Position numbers and translations under genes: made by a program | The notes under the pieces: model-generated | What the model was told of the DNA's origin: nothing | The model's input: the letters and a program-made list of their open reading frames with translations, nothing else | Database searches by the model: none | Shown: piece by piece, positions 29,329-39,389 of the stretch | Layout: each line of letters starts with the position of its first letter | Numbering within the stretch: position 1 is the stretch's first letter | Assembly (NCBI GenBank): GCA_965205015.1 | Contig: OZ242029.1 | Coordinates: forward strand, 1,056,001 to 1,120,000 | Length of the DNA stretch: 64,000 nt | Direction of reading: 5' to 3' | From: Candidatus Poribacteria bacterium | GTDB taxonomy: Bacteria > Poribacteria > WGA-4E > WGA-3G

Positions 29329-30198
29329 GTGGTAAAACGCCCAAATAAAGCTGTGCTGATCGAGGCACTTGATGAATTCCGAGATGCCATGCGTCTTTTC
29401 ATTGTCCGTGGCATGAGACGTATCAGAGGGAAACCCATCGAAAAAGTGATTTATGATTCATTGGCACCGAACCGGGCGAACCAGTTTCAAACAAACCTAC
29501 GAAATAATGACAGCACCCTTGGAAGTGCGATTGACATCGGAGATTTTCCGGATATTATCGGCACAAACTATCAGGGCGTTTTCAGTCCGCAGTTTCGTGG
29601 TGATATGCCCATAGAAAGCCTGCTCCATATTATCAGACACGCCCGGAACCAAGTCTCACATCCATCCGATACGGATTTAGATACTGAATATACGCGTGTT
29701 GTCCTGTACCATATTATAGAGGTCCTCGACAAAATCGACGCGCTTGAAGCAAAAGCGAGCGTTGAAAGGCGGCGCGACACACTTTGCAGGGAGCAGGTCT
29801 TAGCATCTCTGAAGAATCCAAGCAGTGCCCCGGAACACAGACGCTCTCAGACCGATGTTCCACCCCCACGTCCCTCCAGAAGACCCTCTATATCTCCGAG
29901 ATTCATTGTAACGCTGCCGGATGGTGAAAGGATCGAGCGGGATACGATATCGGCGACCTTCGTTGCCGTCATTGAAAAGTTAGGGATAGAACGCGTGAAA
30001 ACTTGTAATATTGAGCGTTTTTATGTCCCGATCGTTGATACAATGAAACACTCGAAGCATACACAAGTCCAATCGGGTCCCTATTACATCCTGACAGCAC
30101 AAGATAGGCAAGACAAAAGACGGGATCTCCTGAAAATTGCCGATGCATTGGGGATCGACCTGAAAGTAGAGATGCCTCCGAGAAACGAGGTTGTCTAA
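29329..30198 (+). CDS. Swt1-like HEPN protein with an uncharacterised C-terminal domain
   Basis: GTG after AGGAGG; HEPN Rx4H motif ARNQVSH; Pro-rich linker; C-domain VTLPDGERI..TFVAVIEKLG. Confidence 0.7.
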   Translation: MVKRPNKAVLIEALDEFRDAMRLFIVRGMRRIRGKPIEKVIYDSLAPNRANQFQTNLRNNDSTLGSAIDIGDFPDIIGTNYQGVFSPQFRGDMPIESLLHIIRHARNQVSHPSDTDLDTEYTRVVLYHIIEVLDKIDALEAKASVERRRDTLCREQVLASLKNPSSAPEHRRSQTDVPPPRPSRRPSISPRFIVTLPDGERIERDTISATFVAVIEKLGIERVKTCNIERFYVPIVDTMKHSKHTQVQSGPYYILTAQDRQDKRRDLLKIADALGIDLKVEMPPRNEVV

Positions 30199-30243
30199 GA
30201 TGGCGAATTTAAAAAGTGAAAAATGGGATGTCCTCTTTTTCGT

Positions 30244-30271
30244 TTGACAAATTTCTTTTTTTGGGTATAAT
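30244..30271 (+). promoter_or_regulatory. sigma70 promoter upstream of the GIY-YIG/ZorAB operon
   Basis: TTGACA-16 bp-TATAAT. Confidence 0.65.
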
Positions 30272-30763
30272 CCACCATAGTTATTTTTTGGGTTAGGACT
30301 ATGGTATATTTTTCTAAATATTGTTGTCTGAATCGAGGATTATCTCGGATGACACGGATTTCGCAGATTTTTAAGCGTTGTCAGTCGTCCGTAACAGGAT
30401 TTAGAGAAGGTAGTGTTTTGTAACACAAACTGTTCACTTGTGGTTCGTTGGTTGTCACTTGTCTGCATCAGGATTTGCAGGATAAAAACCTATGCGCCCT
30501 CTAAACCCATAGACTTCTCTGGCGGGGATCCCCAGGCTATAGAACTTTTCGACTCTCCCAACAAAATATTTACACACCCATACCGCACTACTATCCCATC
30601 ATGATTTAACAGAAAACCCGCTATCCATGCTTTGCAGGCTGTGCTTGGTGCAAAAACAATCTGCTTTTGTGAAATACAGTCAACAACTATCAAAAACAGA
30701 GATGGAGAAGCATCGTCACCAGCATTCTGGATCTGTAATAACCTTGGAAGCAAAGGAGTTGCT

Positions 30764-31135
30764 ATGGGTTATGTCTATATCTTGACGAATAAAGCGATGC
30801 CGGGTTTGATAAAAATTGGACAAACTGCTCGAACCGTCCAAGAACGAGTAGACGAACTCTATACAACCGGCGTTCCAATAGCATTTGATATTGCTCACGA
30901 GTTTGAGTGTGAGAATCATGAGCAACTTGAAAGTCAAATACATAGGGAACTTGAGAGACATCGTTTTAATAAAAATCGAGAGTTTTTTGAATATTCAGCG
31001 GATGAGGCTTTTCAAGTGCTACAAAGACTTGTTAACTCCAGCTGGCGAAAGCATACATCACATTTTTTGACGCGTTTCAGGAAAAAAGCTGATTCGGTAG
31101 TAAGTAGAATAGGGCGTAAATCATCACCTGAATGA
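30764..31135 (+). CDS. GIY-YIG nuclease family, T5orf172 type
   Basis: MGYVYILTNKAMPGLIKIGQT..ERV.EL..TGVP...E..IH..L...R....REFF; AAGGAG RBS. Confidence 0.9.
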   Translation: MGYVYILTNKAMPGLIKIGQTARTVQERVDELYTTGVPIAFDIAHEFECENHEQLESQIHRELERHRFNKNREFFEYSADEAFQVLQRLVNSSWRKHTSHFLTRFRKKADSVVSRIGRKSSPE

Positions 31136-32640
31136 AAGGAATATCCATGAATAATGGGACTTACCATAGTACTGACCACGGATTCGCTTGTGCAGCAGCA
31201 GGTAGAGGTATCACAGAAGCATTGCAGGAGCATCTCAACGTCATTGTCCGTAATGAAGAACTGGAAATTGAGGCAAATAACGCGCATATCCAAGCAGAAA
31301 TAAGTGACCTGGCTGCAGATATAGATCAACTTGAACAACAAAAGGTTGATCGTCAGCGCAGCATCAATGAGATGACAGAATCACTTGCCGAGAAGAATGT
31401 GAAATCAGCTGAACTCAACGCAGAATTGGAAGGTTCTATCAATGGAAATATGCCTCAACTACAAGATAATCGTATTGAGGACTTGAAAAATAGGATTGAT
31501 GAGAAAACTTCAGAATTGGAGGAAAAGCGAGTAGAATGTGCTGCAATAGAAACCGATTTGGAAAACCCTACAGAGGTAGAATTAAACCCAGCTCACGTTA
31601 GTGGAAAGGCTCAGGCTTCTTCCAAACAACAGTTTTCTTGGCTTCATTTTACTTTTGCTATTTTCACGACCTTTATGCTTGTTGGATTGATTATCTACAT
31701 ATTCTACTTTTATGCTTCAGTAGCTGATAAAGCTTTCAAAGCAGCAAAAGATACCAACGTTATTAATTATGAGGCTTTGTCGACAGCGTGGGAAAGAATG
31801 GATGGATTTGTTCTTCTACTCCCCGTTGTTTTTGTATTTTTTGCAATAGTGAGTTATTTTTATTGGGAAAGAGACAAAAGGGTATTTCTCGGTGCCGTTG
31901 CCATCACTCTGCTTTTCGATGTTCTAATTGCATGGCGAATCGCAGTAAGTATAGACCTCTATATCTATGAAAAAGGATTGGATCAAACTTCACCAGCAAT
32001 ATGGTGGTTAAATCTTGGGGGAATTATATTTTTAGGGTTTGTAGTTTCGCTTTTGCTAAGTTTTGGCTTTCACTGCTTTATAGAATTATGGAAGCGAGTG
32101 AAGCCTTCCCGAGACGAAACCAATCAAGTAGAGAAGCAGATAAGAGCCGAGAAGAACGACCGGTTGGTTCGATTAAACGCTTTGACTACTGAGATTCAGC
32201 ACTTGGAGGGCAACATTAGCGCGCTTAATCGGGAAAAGCAAGACTGTGAAAATCAGAATAAGGAAGCTGCTAAGCAACAGTTGGATGCTGACATCGCGGA
32301 TCACAAGCATCCCATTGAAGTGGAAATCGCCCGTTTGAATGCCGAAAAAGAAAACCAACAAAGTCAAATTGAGGAACTCAATGAGCAGGTTGAGAGTCTT
32401 CAAAAGGAAATTAACCAATGTGAATCAGAGATTAAGGTTTTATCAGACCAAGCATCTAAACAGATTATAAATGTAAAGAAATTGGAGGCGCAAGCATACG
32501 AATTCGTGAGCGGATGGTGTCGATATGTGGCACAGAGTAAAACCGAGTTGCCTGATGATGTTTCGACCCAAATTAGGCATATTCAGAACCTTAGAGACGA
32601 AACACTTGAAAAATTCAAAGCGTCTCTTTCAGAAATTTAA
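31132..32640 (+). CDS. Membrane protein: coiled coil - 4 TM - coiled coil
   Basis: ATGA overlap with the GIY-YIG gene (alternative start 31147); heptad-rich N and C regions flank four hydrophobic segments; C-terminal EFVSGW. Confidence 0.75.
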   Translation: MKGISMNNGTYHSTDHGFACAAAGRGITEALQEHLNVIVRNEELEIEANNAHIQAEISDLAADIDQLEQQKVDRQRSINEMTESLAEKNVKSAELNAELEGSINGNMPQLQDNRIEDLKNRIDEKTSELEEKRVECAAIETDLENPTEVELNPAHVSGKAQASSKQQFSWLHFTFAIFTTFMLVGLIIYIFYFYASVADKAFKAAKDTNVINYEALSTAWERMDGFVLLLPVVFVFFAIVSYFYWERDKRVFLGAVAITLLFDVLIAWRIAVSIDLYIYEKGLDQTSPAIWWLNLGGIIFLGFVVSLLLSFGFHCFIELWKRVKPSRDETNQVEKQIRAEKNDRLVRLNALTTEIQHLEGNISALNREKQDCENQNKEAAKQQLDADIADHKHPIEVEIARLNAEKENQQSQIEELNEQVESLQKEINQCESEIKVLSDQASKQIINVKKLEAQAYEFVSGWCRYVAQSKTELPDDVSTQIRHIQNLRDETLEKFKASLSEI

Positions 32641-32651
32641 GGAGTTTCTAT

Positions 32652-33533
32652 ATGAGGAAAATAAGAGTTTTTGTAACAGTATGTGCGATATTTTTTATGT
32701 TTCTACCTATTTGTAAATTGGATGGGCAAGAGTCAGAATCCTCCTCGGTAACTCCGATAAATATCATTGTAATCCTTGATACATCCAATAGGGTTTCTAA
32801 GGAGAAACATCTGGGACAAGCACAAAGAGACAAGAAACTTGTGACAGAGATCATTAACCTGTTTGAAATGAAGGCAAAGAAGTTTATTCAGGAGACTGAA
32901 GACCAGAAGTATCCATACACACTCACTTTCGTTGTGCCTCCTGAATATGGGGCAGACTCAAAAATTCCATCAGAGATTACGGATAACCTTACAATTGGGC
33001 CTGAGGAAATTTATCCTAAACTTAAAAAACAGAAAGAGGCGTTGCTTCAATCTATTGAAGCATTGTATCGAATTGTTGAAAGTCGGAATCTGGCGCAGTT
33101 CCCTGGGTCCGATATTTGGTATTGGTTCAAGTATCAAGCAGAACTCAAAAAAGGCACAAACAATCGTATCCTTTGTCTTTCAGATGGTTACCTTAACTTC
33201 GATGATGATATTCAAGCGGATCTGGGCAAGGGTAGATACATGCAAGTCGGTAAGTTGCGCAGCGACCCGAATTGGGTAAAAACGATCCAAGATGAAGGTT
33301 TGTTGAAAACTGGAAAAGATTTCGGCAATTACAATGTAAAGTTCATGATGGTTGAAATTGCTCTTGCAAAAGCGGAGTCTGGGGTGCTCTATGAGAAAGA
33401 CTTCGACATCATCACAACATATTGGAACACATGGTTGAAATCTATGGGAATCACCGATTCTCAATTTACTCAGTCGAATTTGGGTATCCCTCAACTGAAA
33501 AATCAGATTCAATCGTTCATTTTCCCAGAGTAA
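32652..33533 (+). CDS. Exported vWA-like protein
   Basis: Signal/anchor, NIIVILDTSNRV (MIDAS-like DxS), GSDIW, ILCLSDGY. Confidence 0.65.
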   Translation: MRKIRVFVTVCAIFFMFLPICKLDGQESESSSVTPINIIVILDTSNRVSKEKHLGQAQRDKKLVTEIINLFEMKAKKFIQETEDQKYPYTLTFVVPPEYGADSKIPSEITDNLTIGPEEIYPKLKKQKEALLQSIEALYRIVESRNLAQFPGSDIWYWFKYQAELKKGTNNRILCLSDGYLNFDDDIQADLGKGRYMQVGKLRSDPNWVKTIQDEGLLKTGKDFGNYNVKFMMVEIALAKAESGVLYEKDFDIITTYWNTWLKSMGITDSQFTQSNLGIPQLKNQIQSFIFPE

Positions 33534-33572
33534 CCTACTTTTGAGTTGCGGCATATCTATGGTGAATTCTTC

Positions 33573-34793
33573 ATGAACTCTTTTACAACGACTTTTATTT
33601 TCTTTCAGATTATTGTTTTGTCTTTATTGTCCTCTTATCTATGGCTAAATAAAACCTGGTATACGCATACCAACACTGCGGCTTCAATTGTAACCATCTT
33701 CGGTGTTTTCGGCACTTTTCTGGGTATTGTCATAGGGCTTGACGGTTTCCAAGCGGCTCCTGATAAAATTCAAGAGAGTATTAAGGAGTTGTTAAAAGGT
33801 CTCAGACTTGCCTTTTGGACATCCCTTGTCGGTATTGGATCAGCGTTGGGTTTAAAGATAATTGCACTGGTCTATCAGACATTGAAACCTGATGAAGATC
33901 CAGGCGAAAAAGCAATATCCAAGACCGATGAACTTCTCAACAGTATAAGGGTTTCGCTCAGTGGAGCAAATGGGGGAACCCTATTCACGGAACTACAGGC
34001 TTTACAAAAGACAGTTGAAAATAATAATCGTCAATGGATAAAAGAATTCAGTGCATTTTCAGAAAGAGTTGTTGAAGACTGTACGGGCCTATTAGTTGAA
34101 GCACTCGAAGCAGTTGTCCAAGATTACAATGCGAAAATCAACGAGCAATTTGGCGAAAACTTTGTAAAACTAAATGAGGCTGTTCTCGAAATTAATAGAT
34201 GGCAGGAACAATACCGCCAACAAATGGATGAACTTGCCACTGAATTTCGTATTGCGGCAGAAAGTGTTGAACAGTCTCGTGAATCATTGGAATCGGCAGC
34301 TGAATCACTCACCCTCATTGGAGGTCAAAGCAAAAATATCGTTTCTATTACTGAAGTATTAGATCCGATCCTTCAGAACTTAAACGATCGATTAGAGGAT
34401 TTCCGCCTGTTGCGCCAGCAAGCCCTTGATGCTTTCCCACAGATAAACAAAGGGCTAGATGACCTCACAAGCACATTTTCAAGTTCCGTTGAGAAATCGA
34501 TTGCCGATTCTGAGCAAAGTCTGCTCAATCAACGCAGCGCAATGGCCGAACATGTTAGACAAATTCGGAGTGCCTTAGAAACGACGACTCAACAATTGAC
34601 CAAAGTCACGAAACCTTTTTCGGAGACCACCGAAAAGATAAAAAACCTCTGGGACACTGACCTTAAGAGAAGCACTGATCTTGACAATATCATACAAGTA
34701 CTCGCCCGTAGTGCGGAAAGACTTGAGGGACATCTGAATCACTTGGATACGTTATCAGAAAGGCTAAATAAAAGAAGATGGTTTGGCTCATGA
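33573..34793 (+). CDS. zorA: ZorA-like MotA/TolQ/ExbB proton-channel protein with helical tail
   Basis: 3 TM; GVFGTFLGIVIGL..F...IQESIKELLKGLRLAFWTSLVG; tail YNAKINEQFGENFVKLNEAV...WQEQYRQQM. Confidence 0.82.
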   Translation: MNSFTTTFIFFQIIVLSLLSSYLWLNKTWYTHTNTAASIVTIFGVFGTFLGIVIGLDGFQAAPDKIQESIKELLKGLRLAFWTSLVGIGSALGLKIIALVYQTLKPDEDPGEKAISKTDELLNSIRVSLSGANGGTLFTELQALQKTVENNNRQWIKEFSAFSERVVEDCTGLLVEALEAVVQDYNAKINEQFGENFVKLNEAVLEINRWQEQYRQQMDELATEFRIAAESVEQSRESLESAAESLTLIGGQSKNIVSITEVLDPILQNLNDRLEDFRLLRQQALDAFPQINKGLDDLTSTFSSSVEKSIADSEQSLLNQRSAMAEHVRQIRSALETTTQQLTKVTKPFSETTEKIKNLWDTDLKRSTDLDNIIQVLARSAERLEGHLNHLDTLSERLNKRRWFGS

Positions 34794-34856
34794 GAAATAC
34801 GATTCATTCCATGCCAGCATTTTGTATTCGTTGCGAGTTAGATCGGGTTTGAGAAT

Positions 34857-35849
34857 ATGATAGAAAAACACTTTAATCGGTACGGGCAAGAATCGGAAGA
34901 GCACTGGGTTTCGATCTCCGACGTGATGGCGGGGTTGATGGTTATCTTTCTCTTCGTTGCGATCAGTTACATGTTGAACGCCCACCACACAACAAAGCAA
35001 ATTATTGAACATGAGAAAAATATAGAGACCCTCCTTGACGATTACAAGAATTTGAAGGACAAATTAGCGAAAGCTTTACAAACTGAGTTTCAAGGCAATC
35101 CGAATAAAAAGAAGCAATTTGAATCAAAGTGGAAAGGGTATCTGAATATGGATACACTGACCATCGGCTTCAAACAGCCCTTCCAGGTGGGTAGCAAAAT
35201 CGTTCCAGATGAATTTAAAATTTACTTAGCGGATTTCTTCCCACGATATATTGAGATCCTAACGGAAGCTGATTATAGAGAGGAAATTGAGGAAGTCCGT
35301 ATCGAAGGGCATACCTCCAGCGAGTGGCAGGATCAAGTGCCTATTGATGTCGCTTTTATGAATAATATGGAGTTATCGCAAAATCGTGCGAGAAATGTCC
35401 TTGACTATGTGCTGGCAATAGACAATCCCAAAATATCTCAGAATAAGATATGGCTGAAGAAAAAAGTGACAGCAAATGGATTATCTTCGAGTCATCTCAT
35501 CCGGGATTTAGTTGAGAAAGATTCACTGGAACCCACCAATCCTTACGCCATCATCTCAGAGGAAACAGAAATTGAGGAATTCATCGTGAAGTCTGTGCAT
35601 AAGCGACTGCTCCGTGAAATTCCGAACTGGCAAAGGAAGCCAGACATTGATAAAATGGATATAATAAAGAGCGTTAGTGATTTTTTTAAAATAAAACCGA
35701 AACCAGAAGCCATTGAAAGAGTGATTAGTCTTCTTTTGGAGGACAGAGAAGCCTCTCGGCGTGTTGAATTTCGAGTTGTCACAAAATCTGAAAAGGTTAT
35801 TGAGCGCGTAAAACAACTTATGGAGGAATTTAACACGTCGACGGAATAA
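34857..35849 (+). CDS. zorB: ZorB-like OmpA/MotB protein
   Basis: EEHWVSISDVMAGLMVIFLF (conserved TM Asp), FFPRY, IEGHTSS.W, NMELSQNRA, SRRVEFRV. Confidence 0.88.
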   Translation: MIEKHFNRYGQESEEHWVSISDVMAGLMVIFLFVAISYMLNAHHTTKQIIEHEKNIETLLDDYKNLKDKLAKALQTEFQGNPNKKKQFESKWKGYLNMDTLTIGFKQPFQVGSKIVPDEFKIYLADFFPRYIEILTEADYREEIEEVRIEGHTSSEWQDQVPIDVAFMNNMELSQNRARNVLDYVLAIDNPKISQNKIWLKKKVTANGLSSSHLIRDLVEKDSLEPTNPYAIISEETEIEEFIVKSVHKRLLREIPNWQRKPDIDKMDIIKSVSDFFKIKPKPEAIERVISLLLEDREASRRVEFRVVTKSEKVIERVKQLMEEFNTSTE

Positions 35850-36020
35850 AGTCTATTTGTTTGGAGCATTTTCCCTTGACATTGAGCAAATGTATAAGGA
35901 GAGTTTTAGTGATTTTAAATATAATACCTGTTTTCTTATTTGCTGTCATTTTGGTGCTATAGAGTCAATACCCTTCGCACGGAAGTAAATCTATTATATG
36001 GAGATGAAAAGGAAATTTTG

Positions 36021-37769
36021 ATGAACAAACAGGCAGTTCTCTGTTCTTTAGTTTTCGCAATGTGCGTCTTTTGCGGTTTAGTGCCGATCCCTGCTTCCGC
36101 GCAAGGCATCCTTCTCGCCCAACAGGTGTTTCGGAAACACAACAAGACGCTCCAACGCGCGGATGTCCAAGAAGTCTTGCCACAGGTGCTGGAAGGATTA
36201 AAATCACCAGACACGCAAGCTCTTTTAAATCCGCAAACTATCAATATCGTCATCAATGACCCGGATCTCTTGCCGATATTTATTCCGGAGATAGAACCGA
36301 GGTTTGTGGCACTGCTGCAGCGGGATCAGGAACTCAAGAATTTCCTGAGGGATCCGCCGGTGCAAAGATTGCTTCAGAGTCCAGCGGCAATTGATGCCCT
36401 TGCCGAGCTGTTAGGGGTCAGTGCCCAGCGACCGCCAGACTTGCCTGCACAACAAATCTACAATCAAGCAATTCATTCCGTCGTATGGATAGCAACACTC
36501 GGGGATAACTGGTTCGGTAAGGGAAGTGGCGTTGTGATTGACAAGACACGTCGACTTGTCGTTACCAACGAACATGTCGTCCGTAACACTGAATTGATAT
36601 CTGTGTTTTTTCCGTTTAGACAGAACGGACGCTTGGTAGGAGATGAAGGGTTCTATTATGAGAATTGGGAATGGCTTGATCAGCGCGGTTTTCATGCTGA
36701 CGGTCGGATCGTCGCGAGAAGTATGAGGAATGACCTCGCAATCATCCAACTTGATCATCTCCCAGCAGCAACCCACGAAATTAAGCACGACTTTAGCAAA
36801 AACGTTGAAGATGGCATGCAGGAACGTGATAAGGTCCATATCTTGGGGAATCCGGGGAAGCAGTTGTGGCATTGGATGCCGGGCACTTTTGTAGGCGATG
36901 GGCGAAATTGTTTACCGAGCAAAGGCGATTGCTTCATCATGGAAGCTGGGGCAAGGGGTGGCAATAGCGGAGGTCCCGTCCTCAACGGGCAAGGGACACT
37001 CATTGGAATCCTGACTGCCGGGGACCGTGAAACCCGGTCATTGGCATCTCCTGCAAGGAACATAAAAGCGCTGCTGAAGACGGTTCCCGCGCATTTGGTC
37101 ACTGTCCCACCCCAACGGACGCATCCTAAACGGGTCTTCAAAATTAGAAACCACACCGGGGTTACTATCCCTTACCAAATCAGGTGGTCACATAACAACG
37201 ATTGGCAACGTTATTCCCTTGAGACGGGTTTTATCAGGACGCACAGGTCAGATGGACAGCAGGTTCCCTCAAATTACCCGAAAATCCAGTTTGATCACAT
37301 CGCCGGGGATCAATGGTTTACAGGGAAAACTTATAGATTGGAAACCGCCCTATTATTGGGTGAGAACAACGGTGGTGCCCCCACGTATATTTTTAGATAC
37401 AACCGTCGGGGAGACAGACTGGATCTGTTCCGTGATGTAAATGCAGCCCCCGCCCTCTCAAAAGTCGTTCCAAAAGAGAATTCCCTGTTCGCCAACTATC
37501 CGAACCCGTTCAACCCCGAAACGTGGATCCCCTATGAACTCGCCGAACCTGCAGAGGTGAACATCGCTATCTATACCACCGATGGGACGCTGGTTCGGAC
37601 GTTGCGGCTTGGACATCAACCCGCGGGTATGTATCAGAGCAAAGATCGTGCGGCGTATTGGAACGGCACAAACGCACTTGGTGAATCTGTGGCGAGTGGT
37701 GTGTATTTTTATACACTCAAAGTTTCCGGCGAATTTACAGCGACGCGGAAGATGCTAATACGGAAGTAA
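36021..37769 (+). CDS. Secreted trypsin-like serine protease with C-terminal FlgD-Ig domain
   Basis: Signal peptide; TNEHVV, NDLAII, GNSGGP triad; NYPNPFNPETWIPY...VASGVYFY. Confidence 0.88.
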   Translation: MNKQAVLCSLVFAMCVFCGLVPIPASAQGILLAQQVFRKHNKTLQRADVQEVLPQVLEGLKSPDTQALLNPQTINIVINDPDLLPIFIPEIEPRFVALLQRDQELKNFLRDPPVQRLLQSPAAIDALAELLGVSAQRPPDLPAQQIYNQAIHSVVWIATLGDNWFGKGSGVVIDKTRRLVVTNEHVVRNTELISVFFPFRQNGRLVGDEGFYYENWEWLDQRGFHADGRIVARSMRNDLAIIQLDHLPAATHEIKHDFSKNVEDGMQERDKVHILGNPGKQLWHWMPGTFVGDGRNCLPSKGDCFIMEAGARGGNSGGPVLNGQGTLIGILTAGDRETRSLASPARNIKALLKTVPAHLVTVPPQRTHPKRVFKIRNHTGVTIPYQIRWSHNNDWQRYSLETGFIRTHRSDGQQVPSNYPKIQFDHIAGDQWFTGKTYRLETALLLGENNGGAPTYIFRYNRRGDRLDLFRDVNAAPALSKVVPKENSLFANYPNPFNPETWIPYELAEPAEVNIAIYTTDGTLVRTLRLGHQPAGMYQSKDRAAYWNGTNALGESVASGVYFYTLKVSGEFTATRKMLIRK

Positions 37770-37807
37770 AGCTACAACACTCCACATTCACAGAGTTTCA
37801 AAAAGAA

Positions 37808-38076
37808 ATGAGTGTCCACACGCTACAAGACGACATCCAAAAGGCTAACAACCTGCGGAGACAGGGAGGGGACACCTCACAAACCGTTCCACTTGATAGT
37901 CGTCATAGAGATGCTTGAAAGCGGGAACTTTGCGAAAACCGTATCCCTTTCAGAGAAATTAAAAAGAAGAACCCTTTTTTCCAGAGTTGATAACGGTTTT
38001 CAATAGCGGGAACGCATCAAACCGGCAACCGAGTCTCCACGATCCGTTTTTCCATCTGAAAACCGACGGCTTTTGA
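37808..38076 (+). pseudogene. Remnant of an SBD (sulfur-binding domain)-type restriction endonuclease N-terminus
   Basis: Frameshifted pieces MSVHTLQDDIQKANNLRRQGG / TPHKPFHLIVVIEMLESG / PFFHLKTDGF* resemble the PHKP..L and PF..L..DGFW motifs. Confidence 0.6.
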
Positions 38077-38269
38077 TGCAAGATTATTTTCTTTGAACGA
38101 AACATATCACGTCATTGTTCCGCCAAGTTCACACGAACATGAACCAACAGAGAGAATGTTAAGTGAGTTACGTGATAAACATATATGAACACCTCCTGAT
38201 GAACAACACCGTCCTCGTCAAGAGGCCTTGGCATGGCACCGGAAGACAGCGATGCGGCAGTCAGTCCCG

Positions 38270-38674
38270 CTGCGTAGGAATGACATGCGCGTTACAATCC
38301 ATTCACACGACTGGCAAGTCTCTGGTCATTCCGACGCAAGAACAGAACGTCTCCGACAATCAGTGGCATCATATTGCGTATGTCTTGTTTGCAGATACGT
38401 ACACTCTCTTTATTGACGGAGAGGCTGTGCTATCGCAACCCGCGGTGGTGCATCCTGGTTTTTTGGGGATATCGTCTTACTGACGATAGTGACGAGCGCT
38501 GAAAACAATCAGAACACACTCGTGGATGAAGTCGGATTCTTTGAAACCGGGTTCAGTGCTTATGAAATCAAAGGACTTTACGAGGATGGGCTTGAGACAT
38601 TCCTGGAAGTCACGCCTGTCGAGTCTCACGGGAAACTCGCCACGACGTGGGGCGAACTGAAGTCCCGACAATAG
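38270..38674 (+). pseudogene. LamG-like jellyroll protein remnant with KLATTWG tail
   Basis: DNQWHHIAYV..YTLFIDG, then after a break VDEVGFF...GKLATTWGELK; no intact 5' end. Confidence 0.7.
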
Positions 38675-38855
38675 TTTAAGGAAAAACTATGAAAAGAGAA
38701 GATGACCCCATTAGTGTGAATTTGCCATGGGGTTAGAAATCTGAATTGGGTTGATGATGAGAAGGCATGAGACAGGTTTTCTCTACGGTTGGATCGAACT
38801 AACCGCGATATGTATAGAAATTGCGAAAAACTATACAGATTAAAGGACAGACACA

Positions 38856-39389
38856 ATGGAAATGAGGCTATGTTTTAGCGAATCTGACATCAATGATTTA
38901 GCGAACGGCTACACGGAATACCAGGGTGCGTACTATCATGAGAGAGAACAGCAGGTCATAGAACTTCGGGATGACATTCAGCGGCGAGGTTACCTGACGA
39001 AAGACGACTTGCATACGGTCGCATATTGGAAATCGCACAGAAGAGCCACCCTGACATTAGAGAACTCCGACGCTTTCATAGAAGAAATCACCACACAGGC
39101 ATTCACATCCACAGACGACTGGGAAAAATTGTTAGTTTTGACGAAGTTACGCGGCATCGGACAGCCAACCGCTTCTGCCATCCTACATCTCTATGACGAA
39201 GGGCAGTATCCGATCCTTGATGTTCGCGCGCTCTGGTCTGTGGGACTTGAAGGGGAAACGGGACCCTCGTATCCCTTCTGGCTGGAATATATTGCGTTTT
39301 GTCGGGACATTGCGAACCGAAACGGGGTAGACATGCGAACGCTGGATAGAGCGTTATGGTTTTATTCGTATGACAGTGGAGAGGCCTAA
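38856..39389 (+). CDS. Helix-hairpin-helix DNA glycosylase-like protein
   Basis: YWKS, LTKLRGIGQPTASAIL (HhH), YPILDVRA, RTLDRALW. Confidence 0.7.
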   Translation: MEMRLCFSESDINDLANGYTEYQGAYYHEREQQVIELRDDIQRRGYLTKDDLHTVAYWKSHRRATLTLENSDAFIEEITTQAFTSTDDWEKLLVLTKLRGIGQPTASAILHLYDEGQYPILDVRALWSVGLEGETGPSYPFWLEYIAFCRDIANRNGVDMRTLDRALWFYSYDSGEA

